Source of the DNA: an uncultured Candidatus Saccharibacteria bacterium | GTDB taxonomy: Bacteria > Patescibacteriota > Minisyncoccia > Phycocordibacterales > PALSA-1337 | Length of the DNA stretch: 64,000 nucleotides | NCBI GenBank assembly: GCA_964412585.1 | Contig: CAYPPJ010000001.1 | Span: 149,334-213,333, forward strand | Direction: 5' to 3' | Part shown: in pieces, positions 28,588-40,403 of the stretch | Layout: each line of letters opens with the position of its first letter | Numbering within the stretch: position 1 is the first letter of the stretch | Translations under genes and position numbers: made by a program | The notes under the pieces: generated by a model | What the model was told of the DNA's origin: nothing | Seen by the model: the letters and a program-made list of their open reading frames with translations, nothing else | The model's database searches: none

Positions 28588-29226
28588 ATGAAAGTCACCA
28601 AACTCGGTCATTGCTGTCTCCTCATAGAAATCCGCGGTATCCGCTTCCTTACGGATCCTGGTAGTTATACGACTGAACAGAACACTGTCACCGGTATTCA
28701 TTATATCGTGATTAGCCATGAACATACTGACCACCTTCATATCGATTCACTCAAGACAGTGCTCAAGAATAATCCTGATGCAAAAGTGATTTGTAATAAC
28801 GGTGTTGGCGCGAAATTAACAGCCGAATCAATACCATTCACTCTTATTGAAGACGGCGTTGAATTGGAACTCAGTGGTGTAACTCTTACAGGGCATGGTA
28901 CAAAACACGCGCCCATTTATAAAGAGTATGAACAAGTCGAGAATACGGGCATTATGTATGATGGAAAATTATTCAATCCTGGTGACTCATTTCACAATCC
29001 TAATATTCCTGTAGATATTTTGGCGCTTCCTGTTACGGGACCTTGGTGCACCATAGCTCACGCAGTCAATTACGCCCTTGAAATAAAACCTCGCGTCGCA
29101 TTCCCTGTTCATGATGGAAATCTCAAACGTCAAAATGGTATCACTGTGCGCTTGCCGGGCATTGAGTTGCCAAAGGCAGGTATCAATTTTGTTGCCATAG
29201 AATTAGGTAAAGAAACAGAATTTTGA
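28588..29226 (+). CDS. Metallo-beta-lactamase-fold hydrolase
   Basis: LGHCC, TDPG, SHEHTDH, PGDS, PVHD. Confidence 0.9.
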   Translation: MKVTKLGHCCLLIEIRGIRFLTDPGSYTTEQNTVTGIHYIVISHEHTDHLHIDSLKTVLKNNPDAKVICNNGVGAKLTAESIPFTLIEDGVELELSGVTLTGHGTKHAPIYKEYEQVENTGIMYDGKLFNPGDSFHNPNIPVDILALPVTGPWCTIAHAVNYALEIKPRVAFPVHDGNLKRQNGITVRLPGIELPKAGINFVAIELGKETEF

Positions 29227-29238
29227 TAGCGTATTCAT

Positions 29239-30330
29239 ATGAAGAAGCATAGCCCTTTGAGCATCGTCATGACCACCCTTCTAGTGGTTGCTTTTGGTTG
29301 GGGGACAACATATCTCATTGCGAGCGGTATCAAGGCACTCGGACCAAAAACTATTCTTGTTGAATCAGTGCCCCAAAAGGCTGCGATGCTGGAGGCCACG
29401 GTCGTCAATCCAACGGTCCCCGAACCAAAAAAATCGATATCTTCGATTACGATTATGATGGGAGGTGACATTATGATGGATCGAAATATTCGTGCGTTGG
29501 GTGAAAAAAATGGCTACGAGACACTCTTTGACGAGCCTGTCGCCACGTTATTCAAACAAGCAGATATCGCGGTGGCAAATCTTGAGGGACCAATCACTTC
29601 CAACCCATCAAAAAATCTTATCAACGGCAAACCAATAGAAGTTCTTCAGTTCACCTTTTCACCAAAATCACGGGCAGCTCTAACGGCTGCTGGATTCGAT
29701 ATTGTCAGTCTCGCAAATAATCATACAGACAACTTTGGCCTACTCGGATTCAAGGAAACTCAGGATTGGCTCACTGATTCGCAACTATCTTGGTTTGGAA
29801 ATCCGTGGAACAGCACCTCATCATCGATTATGCGCGACACGCCAAGTGATGATAAATCCCCTATTACCACTGTCGTAACAAAAAACGGCATTACAGTAGC
29901 CTTTATCGGGTATCATTCATTCCAAAAAGGCGTCGATAAAGTCATGAGTGAAATCAGGCGTGTTTCAGGCCCCCAAGTATTTACCATTGTGATGCCTCAC
30001 TGGGGTGAAGAGTACGTAGCAACTTCTTCGGAAAAAATGAAAGGACTTGCGACCGCATTCATCAACGCAGGAGCAGATGCAGTTATCGGTGCTCATCCCC
30101 ACGTCATCATGAACCAAGATTGGATCGATGGTGTTCCCGTCCTATATTCACTCGGAAATCTGTTGTTTGATCAATATTTCTCACCAGAGGTTTCAAAAGG
30201 TATGATTGCCGAACTTTATATCGTGAAAGATTCTTCAAGTGTTCATCTTGAGAAACTCTCCACTCACATTATTCGTCTTGTCCGCGGACAAGGCACCGTG
30301 CTTGAGGACGGTACGACGAGTATGAGATAA
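29239..30330 (+). CDS. CapA-family (poly-gamma-glutamate synthesis-like) metallophosphoesterase
   Basis: GDIMMDR, NLEGP, SLANNH, HWGEEY, GAHPHV, YSLGN. Confidence 0.92.
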   Translation: MKKHSPLSIVMTTLLVVAFGWGTTYLIASGIKALGPKTILVESVPQKAAMLEATVVNPTVPEPKKSISSITIMMGGDIMMDRNIRALGEKNGYETLFDEPVATLFKQADIAVANLEGPITSNPSKNLINGKPIEVLQFTFSPKSRAALTAAGFDIVSLANNHTDNFGLLGFKETQDWLTDSQLSWFGNPWNSTSSSIMRDTPSDDKSPITTVVTKNGITVAFIGYHSFQKGVDKVMSEIRRVSGPQVFTIVMPHWGEEYVATSSEKMKGLATAFINAGADAVIGAHPHVIMNQDWIDGVPVLYSLGNLLFDQYFSPEVSKGMIAELYIVKDSSSVHLEKLSTHIIRLVRGQGTVLEDGTTSMR

Positions 30331-30356
30331 TATCTTTATAATTAATCACAAGTATT

Positions 30357-30659
30357 ATGAAAGGATTTATTCAATTCATTCGAACACAAGGTGTCGTTGG
30401 CCTCGCTGTTGGTTTTATCCTCGGCAAAGCCGTCTCTGATGTTGTAGGGTCCATTGTTACCGATATTATCAACCCCATCATTGGTATCGCCCTTCACAAT
30501 TTTGGTGACCTCTCCGCACTATCACTTCATGTGCTTTCCGCCAACATTACTTACGGAAAATTCATCAGTATTTTGATTAATTTCGTGATCGTAGCACTCG
30601 TGGTCTATTACGGCGTCAAAAAACTCAAGCTTGACCGCCTTGATACGCCAAAACAATAA
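30357..30659 (+). CDS. mscL: Large-conductance mechanosensitive channel
   Basis: GFIQFIRTQGVVGLAVGFILG...DIINP...YGKFISILINF. Confidence 0.85.
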   Translation: MKGFIQFIRTQGVVGLAVGFILGKAVSDVVGSIVTDIINPIIGIALHNFGDLSALSLHVLSANITYGKFISILINFVIVALVVYYGVKKLKLDRLDTPKQ

Positions 30660-30754
30660 GAGTGGCTGCGGAGGTTTAAAAACTGGATTTTTTCGTTATT
30701 TTTGCTATAGTTTGGGTGTTGCAGGAAATGTGATGGTTAAATGAAAATTTTGCA

Positions 30755-30825
30755 CGAAAATTTTCCACGGCTTACGCCGTAGAAAATCTTTCGACGCGAA
30801 TTTTCTTAGGAAATGAAAATTCGCG
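30755..30825. repeat. Two tandem inverted repeats abutting tRNA-Val
   Basis: CGAAAATTTTC-C-ACGGC-TTAC-GCCGT-AGAAAATCTTTCG and CGCGAATTTTC-N9-GAAAATTCGCG. Confidence 0.65.
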
Positions 30826-30895
30826 CGGTTAGCTCAGTTGGTAGAGCATCCCCTTGACGTGGGGAGGGTCACAGGTTCGAATCCTGTATCGCGCA
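30823..30895 (+). tRNA. tRNA-Val(GAC)
   Basis: GCGCGGTTAGCTCAGTTGGTAGAGC, arm TCCCC-TTGACGT-GGGGA, GGTTCGAATCC. Confidence 0.95.
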
Positions 30896-30925
30896 CAGTC
30901 TATAGATACTTAAACTTTCATATTA

Positions 30926-31258
30926 ATGAATCAGCGAAGTGACATTTTGACCCGTATAGCTATCGCTCTTATTGTTTTAGCAATTTTTACTTTTATAAAT
31001 TACCAGTTCTTTTTTAGCAATTACCTCGACAGGGACGGGCTAACCATATACATGACACCACTCATCCTTCCTATGATGCTTTGTATTATCTACCCCAAAA
31101 AAGAACATAGGAATCTATTATTTATTGCACTTTCTATTCCGGCGATTGTGGTAACAGCAATGGCAACGCGTTTTCCAGATACTGGAGGACTTGTTCTCAT
31201 ACCATACACCTTAGTCCTATTTGTCATTTTTCTGATACTTGGACGTTTTTTAAAATAA
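30926..31258 (+). CDS. Small 4-TM membrane protein
   Basis: AT-rich 110-aa hydrophobic ORF after tRNA-Val. Confidence 0.65.
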   Translation: MNQRSDILTRIAIALIVLAIFTFINYQFFFSNYLDRDGLTIYMTPLILPMMLCIIYPKKEHRNLLFIALSIPAIVVTAMATRFPDTGGLVLIPYTLVLFVIFLILGRFLK

Positions 31259-31275
31259 TTTAATAGCTGAGCACT

Positions 31276-31890
31276 ATGACTAATGTGCGCATGAGTTTGA
31301 ATAGGGCCATCCGAACCATCGGCGTTGACTTCGACGATGTTCTACATGATTTTAACAATTCACTTCACCAATATCACAACAAAAAATATGGCACAACAGT
31401 CAAGCGTGAGGATATAGTTACGTATGACATTGAAAAAATATGGAGCTGTACTCGTGATGAAGCAGTCGAAAAGGTGCACACTTTTTACCGCACACCAGAG
31501 CATGATGAAACTATGCCGCTTGAAGGTTCGCAGGAAGTAATAGGACTTTTGGCGCAAAAATATGATTTGCATATTATTACTTCACGCATTGATGAAATAA
31601 AAGAGCTTACACTAAAATGGCTCGAGCAACATTTTCCTGGCGCATTCACTTCAGTTGAATTTATTAACCACTTCGGATCTTCGTCAGGAACTAAAAGAAC
31701 TAAAGCCGATGTCTGTACCCAATTATCAGTGGACTTGATGATTGAGGACTCACTGGAGCATGCGCACGCTATTTCTGCATGCGGTATACCAGTGATCCTC
31801 ATTGATTGCCCTTGGAATCAAGGTGTTCTACCTTCGAACGTATACCGAGTAAAATCATGGAAAGATATCAGTGAAATGTTGCTTGGCTAA
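31276..31890 (+). CDS. HAD-family 5'(3')-deoxyribonucleotidase-like protein
   Basis: IGVDFDDVL, IITSR, K, MIEDS, PWN. Confidence 0.88.
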   Translation: MTNVRMSLNRAIRTIGVDFDDVLHDFNNSLHQYHNKKYGTTVKREDIVTYDIEKIWSCTRDEAVEKVHTFYRTPEHDETMPLEGSQEVIGLLAQKYDLHIITSRIDEIKELTLKWLEQHFPGAFTSVEFINHFGSSSGTKRTKADVCTQLSVDLMIEDSLEHAHAISACGIPVILIDCPWNQGVLPSNVYRVKSWKDISEMLLG

Positions 31891-31912
31891 CCGAGCATGA
31901 TATAGTGGCTCC

Positions 31913-33061
31913 ATGTATATATTAGGCATCGAGACATCCTGCGATGAAACCGCCCTGGCTCTGATTGAGACGCGCGGCTCTGGTGACACTTTCGAGTGTC
32001 GTGTCCTTTCTTCGCTCATACACTCTCAAGCCGAACTCCATAGTCCGTATGGTGGTGTATTTCCTACGCTTGCAAAGCGCGAGCATGAAAAGAACTTGCC
32101 GATACTATTAAAAGAATTGATGGCCACCACCTCCAGTGTAAAAATTGACGCGATCGCCGTTACTGAAGGACCTGGCCTCGAACCGGCATTGTGGACTGGT
32201 ATCGTTTTTGCTGAACAATTGGCCAAGGAATGGAATGTACCGATTATTCCAGTCAATCATATGGAAGGACATGTGATCGGATCACTGTTGAAGTCAGATG
32301 CTCCACAAGGAGAATGGCAATCGTTACTTCCCCTCAATATGCCTGCGTTGGCATTACTCATCAGTGGTGGGCATACAGAGCTGGTAACCATTGAGCGTGG
32401 AGAGGAACGGATGGAGCACACATCCTCTCCGAGCTTGCGGGCGCTTCGCTGGTCGCATTCCTCAGCTCTTCGAGGACGTGTGCTCCACCCGTTCCGATAC
32501 ACTATTATAGGTCAAACCAAAGACGATGCTGTCGGTGAAGCATTCGATAAGACTGCGCGGCTTCTCGGTATCCCATATCCAGGTGGACCACGTCTATCTG
32601 CACTCGCGCAAGAAGCACGATCAGAAAAAATAGAATCACCGGTCAAACTCCCCCGCCCCATGATTTCTAGTAAGGATTTGGATTTTTCATTTTCAGGACT
32701 CAAAACTGCTGTCTTGTATGCTGTTCGCGATGCAGAGTCCACAGGCACCTTTACTGACACGTTCAAAAAAGGGCTGGCTCGAGAGTTTGAAGATGCGGTC
32801 GTTGAGACACTAAGCGTAAAACTGCGCAAAGCTATAGACCAGGTTGGGGCTCAAACAGTCATTATTGGGGGTGGCGTGAGCGCAAATATGGCACTACGGA
32901 CTCAATTTGAGGCTATTGCAGCAGAATATGGCATACCGCTCTATCAACCCTCCCGACACATTTCAGGTGACAATGCGCTCATGATTGCGCTTGCTGGCGC
33001 ATTCAATATACCTACAGATCGTGCACTCAAGGCACATGGGACGAAACGGCTTGGAAACTAA
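31913..33061 (+). CDS. tsaD: tRNA t6A37 threonylcarbamoyltransferase TsaD
   Basis: ILGIETSCDET, GPGL, VNHMEGH, LLISGGHT, DDAVGEAFDK, FSFSGLKT, GGVSAN, DNALMI. Confidence 0.96.
   Translation: MYILGIETSCDETALALIETRGSGDTFECRVLSSLIHSQAELHSPYGGVFPTLAKREHEKNLPILLKELMATTSSVKIDAIAVTEGPGLEPALWTGIVFAEQLAKEWNVPIIPVNHMEGHVIGSLLKSDAPQGEWQSLLPLNMPALALLISGGHTELVTIERGEERMEHTSSPSLRALRWSHSSALRGRVLHPFRYTIIGQTKDDAVGEAFDKTARLLGIPYPGGPRLSALAQEARSEKIESPVKLPRPMISSKDLDFSFSGLKTAVLYAVRDAESTGTFTDTFKKGLAREFEDAVVETLSVKLRKAIDQVGAQTVIIGGGVSANMALRTQFEAIAAEYGIPLYQPSRHISGDNALMIALAGAFNIPTDRALKAHGTKRLGN
32404..32495. repeat. Palindromic element inserted in frame in tsaD
   Basis: GGAACGG-A-TGGAGCACAC-A-TCCTC ... GAGGA-C-GTGTGCTCCA-C-CCGTTCC. 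Confidence 0.8.
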
Positions 33062-33084
33062 ATACTCCACGTATTTCTATACGC

Positions 33085-33114
33085 AAAAATCACGCCATGG
33101 TGGCGTGATTTTTG
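33085..33114. terminator. Bidirectional terminator
   Basis: CAAAAATCACGCCA-TGG-TGGCGTGATTTTTG between convergent genes. Confidence 0.8.
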
Positions 33115-33136
33115 TGAGAGGTTCAAGTAGTGATTA

Positions 33137-34054
33137 TTACTGGAAGAGTTCTTTGATGAAATTCCAGAAGCGAGAGAGGACTGATGTTCTGCCGACTGCA
33201 GCAACGTTGTCATTGTCCTGAGTCTCAGTAGTACCAACTTCCAACGTACCCGTGGTAGAAGCGGTAGTTGAGTCGGTTTGTCCGATCTCAGTAGACTGTT
33301 CAGATGAATTATCACGGCGCTTTTTGTATGCGTCAATAATAGCTTGTTCATCAGCCGTCAATGTAAATCGTGAAGTACATGCAATCTCATTGATTACCTT
33401 GATCGTGGTGATGTAGGCGAAACCTGATGGCTGAGAAGCCTCCCAAGGTCCGAGAATCAATTCTGCATATCTCTGTTGGAAAGCCATAACTGCGGCTTCG
33501 GTCTTTTTGTCAAAAGTACCATTTACATCTACGTCAAGCTTCTCAACATTCTTGAGGAATGCCTGGAGCTTACTGACCTGAATCTGGTTGTTTGCACCGC
33601 CAAATTTGAGGTAGTCGGTAATAAGTGGGCATGAAGCAGGAGCTACTGTAGTAGCAGGCAAAGTAGTAGTCGACGCAACTGACAAAACAGTTACTGTGCT
33701 ACCATTTGAACCTGAAGGAACAAAACCTCCTCCGCCTGTTGTACCACCGGTGTTACCACCAGTATTGTCTCCGCCGCCAGTGTCTACTGGCGTCTGAGGT
33801 GTTGGAGCATCATCTTCACCATTTGATGATGAAGGTGTTGTATTTCCGCCAGTCTGCTCGTTCTGGGCTGGAGGGGTGACCGCATCATCACTACCGTTAT
33901 CGACGGTAGGATTTGTTGTCTCTGAAGGGGTGGTGATAACAGGTGTTACCGCATCATCACTGCCATTGGTCGTATCTGCTGAAACAGAAGAAACTCCTGC
34001 AACAAATACGAGGAGAAAGGCCGCAAAAGCTATTAATGTAAGGTTATTTTTCAT
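33137..34054 (-). CDS. Secreted low-complexity protein with a peptidoglycan-binding domain
   Basis: Signal peptide; NGSDDAVTP repeats; VSKLQAFL...VNGTFDKKTEAAVMAFQ. Confidence 0.82.
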   Translation of the reverse strand: MKNNLTLIAFAAFLLVFVAGVSSVSADTTNGSDDAVTPVITTPSETTNPTVDNGSDDAVTPPAQNEQTGGNTTPSSSNGEDDAPTPQTPVDTGGGDNTGGNTGGTTGGGGFVPSGSNGSTVTVLSVASTTTLPATTVAPASCPLITDYLKFGGANNQIQVSKLQAFLKNVEKLDVDVNGTFDKKTEAAVMAFQQRYAELILGPWEASQPSGFAYITTIKVINEIACTSRFTLTADEQAIIDAYKKRRDNSSEQSTEIGQTDSTTASTTGTLEVGTTETQDNDNVAAVGRTSVLSRFWNFIKELFQ

Positions 34055-34175
34055 ATGGATACGCTATCATTCTTACTACTTGGTAATGAAGAGAAGCTAT
34101 CATATATATGGTATTTTGTCAATGAAAAAGGCCTTCCCGCCGAAGCAAGGAAGGCCCTGAAAAAGAACGATGCGA

Positions 34176-35297
34176 TCAGAGGTCGGGAGGTGGTGCTGAC
34201 CACGTCCGACGCGCTTTGAGGCGGAAATACCGTTCCGAATTGACGCTCGGGTAGTCACGGTAGCCCTGACTCCCCAGTTGGAGCGACTCGCCAATGATTT
34301 TGAGCCATGGAGCTCCTGTAAGGTTCTCCGCCGACTCGATGTCGTAGGAGAAGCTATACTGGCCACCGATCATGACGACCCGCGCCATGGTGGGCGTATA
34401 GCGGTATGCAAGCAATGATGGCACTGCAGCAACCGCGAGCTCACTGGCGACCGTGGCGTCATTGCTGACCAGTTCAGCATGTACCCAGGGCACCGGCGTC
34501 GTCGCGAATTGATCCATCACATCAGTGAAGTCACCCGGCTGGTTTCCAGTAATATAAACGCTGGAGCCAAACCGAGTAAAGTAATCGATGTGCACCTGGT
34601 GTGCATATACAGGTGACGGCTGACTGCCGTCGTACACGGTATCATCACCGCCAGCCACCACTTTTCCGAGGGAAGAATTCCACGCACTGTCGAGTACACC
34701 ATTTGGGCCATAATCGACGCCAATATAGGTGAAACTGAACTGAAGTGGAGTGCCGTCCGCCGAATTGGTGCTGACCGAGAAATAACTGGGTGCAATATTG
34801 GTGATGGAAGTGGTGAGCCGAACGAAGAAATCATTCGGGTTACCTTTCCCCGCCACCGAAATGACCCAGCGGTGACCATGTTCGTCACTGGCAACATTGT
34901 TCGTGGGAGCCGGAGCGCCCATAAAACTTTTTGCCAGCGTGACAGTCCCATCAAACCATTGAAGCCCATAATTCGGCCCCCACGTTTGTGGAACGCGGTA
35001 CCATGCGGCCGGCGTTATCATCCGGTCCGTCGGCACATCGCCACCCCACATGCCCTTCACTGTATTGACACGACTTTGCGTCAGATGAGGAGATGAGAGG
35101 CTGCACATCGAGGCGATATAGATCGCACTCTCCCCAAGAGGAGCTCGCGGTGCAGGTTGGAGTTCAAGCCGGATAGGCTTGTTGACCGATTTGGGATAGG
35201 GGACGTTGTCATCCCCTCCGTTCACGACCACCAAGGTGGCCGCGTGAGTCGCCAAGGCGCATAAAAGCGCTAGTGTGACCAGCAGGTTTGTTTTCAT
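34176..35297 (-). CDS. Secreted hypothetical protein with C-terminal YDIESAENLTGAPW...YFRL module
   Basis: Start moved to MKTNLLVTLALLCALATHA (ATG 35297, GAGGTGGAG upstream); elevated GC; terminator-like hairpin at about 34125-34158. Confidence 0.78.
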   Translation of the reverse strand: MKTNLLVTLALLCALATHAATLVVVNGGDDNVPYPKSVNKPIRLELQPAPRAPLGESAIYIASMCSLSSPHLTQSRVNTVKGMWGGDVPTDRMITPAAWYRVPQTWGPNYGLQWFDGTVTLAKSFMGAPAPTNNVASDEHGHRWVISVAGKGNPNDFFVRLTTSITNIAPSYFSVSTNSADGTPLQFSFTYIGVDYGPNGVLDSAWNSSLGKVVAGGDDTVYDGSQPSPVYAHQVHIDYFTRFGSSVYITGNQPGDFTDVMDQFATTPVPWVHAELVSNDATVASELAVAAVPSLLAYRYTPTMARVVMIGGQYSFSYDIESAENLTGAPWLKIIGESLQLGSQGYRDYPSVNSERYFRLKARRTWSAPPPDL

Positions 35298-35497
35298 TTG
35301 TAGGTGCTCCACCTCACAGTATACGTATGCGCCCATTCGGGGCGCATCAAGCATGGTGTTCAAGCTCCGTAGACCGAAATTTGTGATGAGGTGGTTCCCT
35401 TGCTTTCTAGCAAAGAATTACCTTCTTGTCAAGGTCCTCTCATAGTGAACTGGGCTATGAACAGGCGCCTTGCAGGACGATTTGGTATAATGATTTC

Positions 35498-36187
35498 ATG
35501 TCCGCAACTGCTCTTCTGTACGCTATTCTTTCAGGTGTCCTCCCCTCTTTTATTTGGCTCTTCTTTTGGCTTCGTGAGGACCGACAACATCCTGAACCAC
35601 GGTCCTTACTCGTAGCATGTTTCTTCGGTGGTATCCTTGCCGTTGGCGCCGCCGCATTCTCAGAACAATACGTTGCTGATATATACAGCGATTCGACTAC
35701 GCGCTATATATTATGGGCAGCAATCGAAGAAATTCTAAAGTTTATCGCCATCGCAGCAATCGGTCTTCGATCATTATCAAATGACGAACCAATAGATGCC
35801 ATGATTTACTGTATCGTTGTCGCCATTGGGTTTGCGGCTCTTGAAAACACTCTCTTTATTATGGACCCCTTGGCTGGTGGAGAGATCGCACGAAGCATTG
35901 TGACTGGTAATATGCGTTTTATGGGCGCAACACTCCTTCACATCGTGAGTTCTGCCACTATCGGATTCTGTATCGGTTATTTCTTTTATCATGGCCGTAT
36001 TGCAAAGATTATTGCTGCCGTGGTCGGTATCGCAATTGCCATTACTATCCATGCCGCCTTCAACCTATCCATTGTGGAAGCAAGTGCAAGTGACACTCTG
36101 AAGACATTTTCCTGGATTTGGGGCGCAGTTGTGATTATGATCATCTTGTTTGAAGAAATAAAGGTTGTGCGCCCCAAACTGTGGTGA
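35498..36187 (+). CDS. PrsW-family intramembrane metalloprotease
   Basis: DRQHPEP, IEEILK, GFAALEN, TLLH, HAAFN; start at ATG 35498. Confidence 0.9.
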   Translation: MSATALLYAILSGVLPSFIWLFFWLREDRQHPEPRSLLVACFFGGILAVGAAAFSEQYVADIYSDSTTRYILWAAIEEILKFIAIAAIGLRSLSNDEPIDAMIYCIVVAIGFAALENTLFIMDPLAGGEIARSIVTGNMRFMGATLLHIVSSATIGFCIGYFFYHGRIAKIIAAVVGIAIAITIHAAFNLSIVEASASDTLKTFSWIWGAVVIMIILFEEIKVVRPKLW

Positions 36188-36230
36188 TATAATTATCAGG
36201 AATTTTACTAAGTAGGAATTTACCATCATC

Positions 36231-36692
36231 ATGTCAAAAGAAAAGAGATCATTCTTCGAAAGGCTCACCGGCACTGTCCGCATGGAAGACGAGGCGGAAG
36301 TAAAAACGACCAAAAAAGCCGCGGTTCCCGAGCAAAATGCTTGGATCGAAGAAGAAGACAAGGATGCCGAACTCACTGTGGACGTCTACCAGACGCCCGA
36401 CATGATTGTGGTCAAATCTATGATTGCCGGCGTTCGTCCGGAAGATCTCGATGTATCTATTACTCGTGATCAAGTCACTATTCGTGGCACTCGTGAAGAA
36501 GAAAAGGTTGCTCGCGATGAAGACTTTTTTGCCCGCGAACTCTTTTGGGGTTCATTTTCACGTACCATTCAGCTTCCTGAGGAGGTTGATGTTGACGAGG
36601 CCGAGGCTGTAGAGAAACATGGACTTTTGATATTGAAATTGCCAAAGCTCGACAAAAGGAGGCAGTCGAAGTTGAAGGTTAAGACGGCGTAA
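36231..36692 (+). CDS. Hsp20/alpha-crystallin small heat shock protein
   Basis: VDVYQT, AGVRPEDLDV, WGSFSRTIQLP, GLLILKLPK. Confidence 0.92.
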   Translation: MSKEKRSFFERLTGTVRMEDEAEVKTTKKAAVPEQNAWIEEEDKDAELTVDVYQTPDMIVVKSMIAGVRPEDLDVSITRDQVTIRGTREEEKVARDEDFFARELFWGSFSRTIQLPEEVDVDEAEAVEKHGLLILKLPKLDKRRQSKLKVKTA

Positions 36693-36711
36693 CACATAGA
36701 ATTCAAATGAA

Positions 36712-36737
36712 AAAACGGCAGGGACTTCCCTGCCGTT
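36712..36737. terminator. Bidirectional terminator
   Basis: AACGGCAGGGA-CT-TCCCTGCCGTT preceded by an A-tract. Confidence 0.75.
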
Positions 36738-36765
36738 GTGTGTTTTGAAAGTGACTACTTTTTTG

Positions 36766-37365
36766 TCACTTTCTTTTCGCCTTTTGATATGCGTCCCAAT
36801 ACGGCAGCCACTGCTCCTTGAACAGACTAAGTATCACTTCATCATGATACTCCCCTTCAATGAAGCGCTGGCGAATCAGCCGGCCTTCTTCGACGTAACC
36901 GCAGTGCTTGCTGTAGGCTATGCTACGTTCGTTAAACGCATACACGTGTGATGAAAGCTTGCGCAGACCGAGTGTATTGAAGGCATAGTCGATAAGTACC
37001 ATCTTTGCATCCGTCCCATACCCTTTGCCCCAATACTGCTTTTCGCCAATGAACGCACCTGTGTTTGCTGTGCGGTCTTTCCAGTTGATCCTGTGGATTC
37101 CCATCATGCCAATGTGGGTGCCCTTCAAATCTAGTACAAGGACCACATCAGTGTCTGAGCGTTTTAGCAAACTCTGGATCCATTCCGCCTCCCCATGAAG
37201 GGTCATAGGAAATGGGCGCTTGATAAAACGTCGGAGTTCAGGATCATTGACCCATCGAGTCAACGTTGGAACATCTTCAAGCGACGGCGGGCGGAGAGTA
37301 ATTCCACGCTTGCCTTGCAAGAATACGATAGCAGATGATGCGGAGGTATTAGTCTGTTTTTTCAT
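36766..37365 (-). CDS. GNAT N-acetyltransferase (RimJ/RimL-like)
   Basis: ITLRP, YWGKGYGTDA, YAFNTLGLRK, NERSI...GYVEEG; start placed at ATG 37365. Confidence 0.88.
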   Translation of the reverse strand: MKKQTNTSASSAIVFLQGKRGITLRPPSLEDVPTLTRWVNDPELRRFIKRPFPMTLHGEAEWIQSLLKRSDTDVVLVLDLKGTHIGMMGIHRINWKDRTANTGAFIGEKQYWGKGYGTDAKMVLIDYAFNTLGLRKLSSHVYAFNERSIAYSKHCGYVEEGRLIRQRFIEGEYHDEVILSLFKEQWLPYWDAYQKAKRK

Positions 37366-37724
37366 ATGCTGTATCTTTCTACTGTTTTGTGGTTTACCAA
37401 TGTACTGAACTTCTGGAAACACCCAGAAGGCTGAGAGAGTTCTCGGGAAACAAAATCCCGGCTTTCATGCAGCCGGGATATGTCTAGAAAATAGGAGTAG
37501 ATGGACCTTAGACAACTCTGGGCTGAAGAAAAGTATGCGACTGTGCGCGCATATCAAGACCGGCAATGAAGGCATTACCGTAGTTCTTCGAGCATGAGTT
37601 GTATGTCCAATGTGACATGACATTTTTATACCACGTATAATAAAAAACGCAACCCAGTCAACAGGTTGCGTATTGCGAATACTGACACACCAGGTGTTAA
37701 TGTGTCTATACAGAGTTGAGGTAC

Positions 37725-37994
37725 TCATCTTTCCCCCTTCGTATTATAGTGATGGTTTGCACAGCAAAATATCAGAAGGAGTAAGACTCCGCCAGCAACT
37801 ACGAGGAAACGATGTGCCGGAGAGGGTACTGCATAAGGTCCATGTCTCAGCATCTCCATGATTCCCGTGGTTGCAACAACAGCGAGGTAACCGAGGAAAA
37901 GGAGTGTGATTACGGTGTAAACTGCACTCATTTCGGTCTTCTTGGATAAACCAAGATATGGATTCTTGTGAATCCAGCGAAAGATTTTTTCCAT
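37725..37994 (-). CDS. Small 2-TM hypothetical protein
   Basis: MEKIFRWI... with AAAGGA upstream; two hydrophobic segments. Confidence 0.5.
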   Translation of the reverse strand: MEKIFRWIHKNPYLGLSKKTEMSAVYTVITLLFLGYLAVVATTGIMEMLRHGPYAVPSPAHRFLVVAGGVLLLLIFCCANHHYNTKGER

Positions 37995-38069
37995 ACCTAA
38001 AGATCCTTTCTTAAGAAGAATACCTCTTATTTCTAGAATAGACCAGTAAAATCGACCCCGTGACATTCG

Positions 38070-40229
<2,160 letters not shown>

Positions 40230-40403
40230 CTAATGACACAAAAAATGAGTCAGATGAAAGAGTCAAAATATGGCTTAAAATATGCTTATTTTGCTCCTTT
40301 AATCTGCTTCTTTTACGCCTCTAATTATAGCAGATTTGAGGGCACAAAGAAAGCGGGTTTTTGACCCTAAAATTGAGAAATCTGGGGATAAAATAAAGCC
40401 GAT

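Noticed and set aside
27404-29226. Alternative genetic code 25 (UGA=Gly)
   Set aside because: Genes end cleanly at TGA (27406, 29226) and conserved proteins are full length under code 11.
37465-37728. 87-aa ORF between the GNAT gene and the small membrane gene
   Set aside because: No motifs, atypical composition, and it overlaps the likely promoter region of the GNAT gene.
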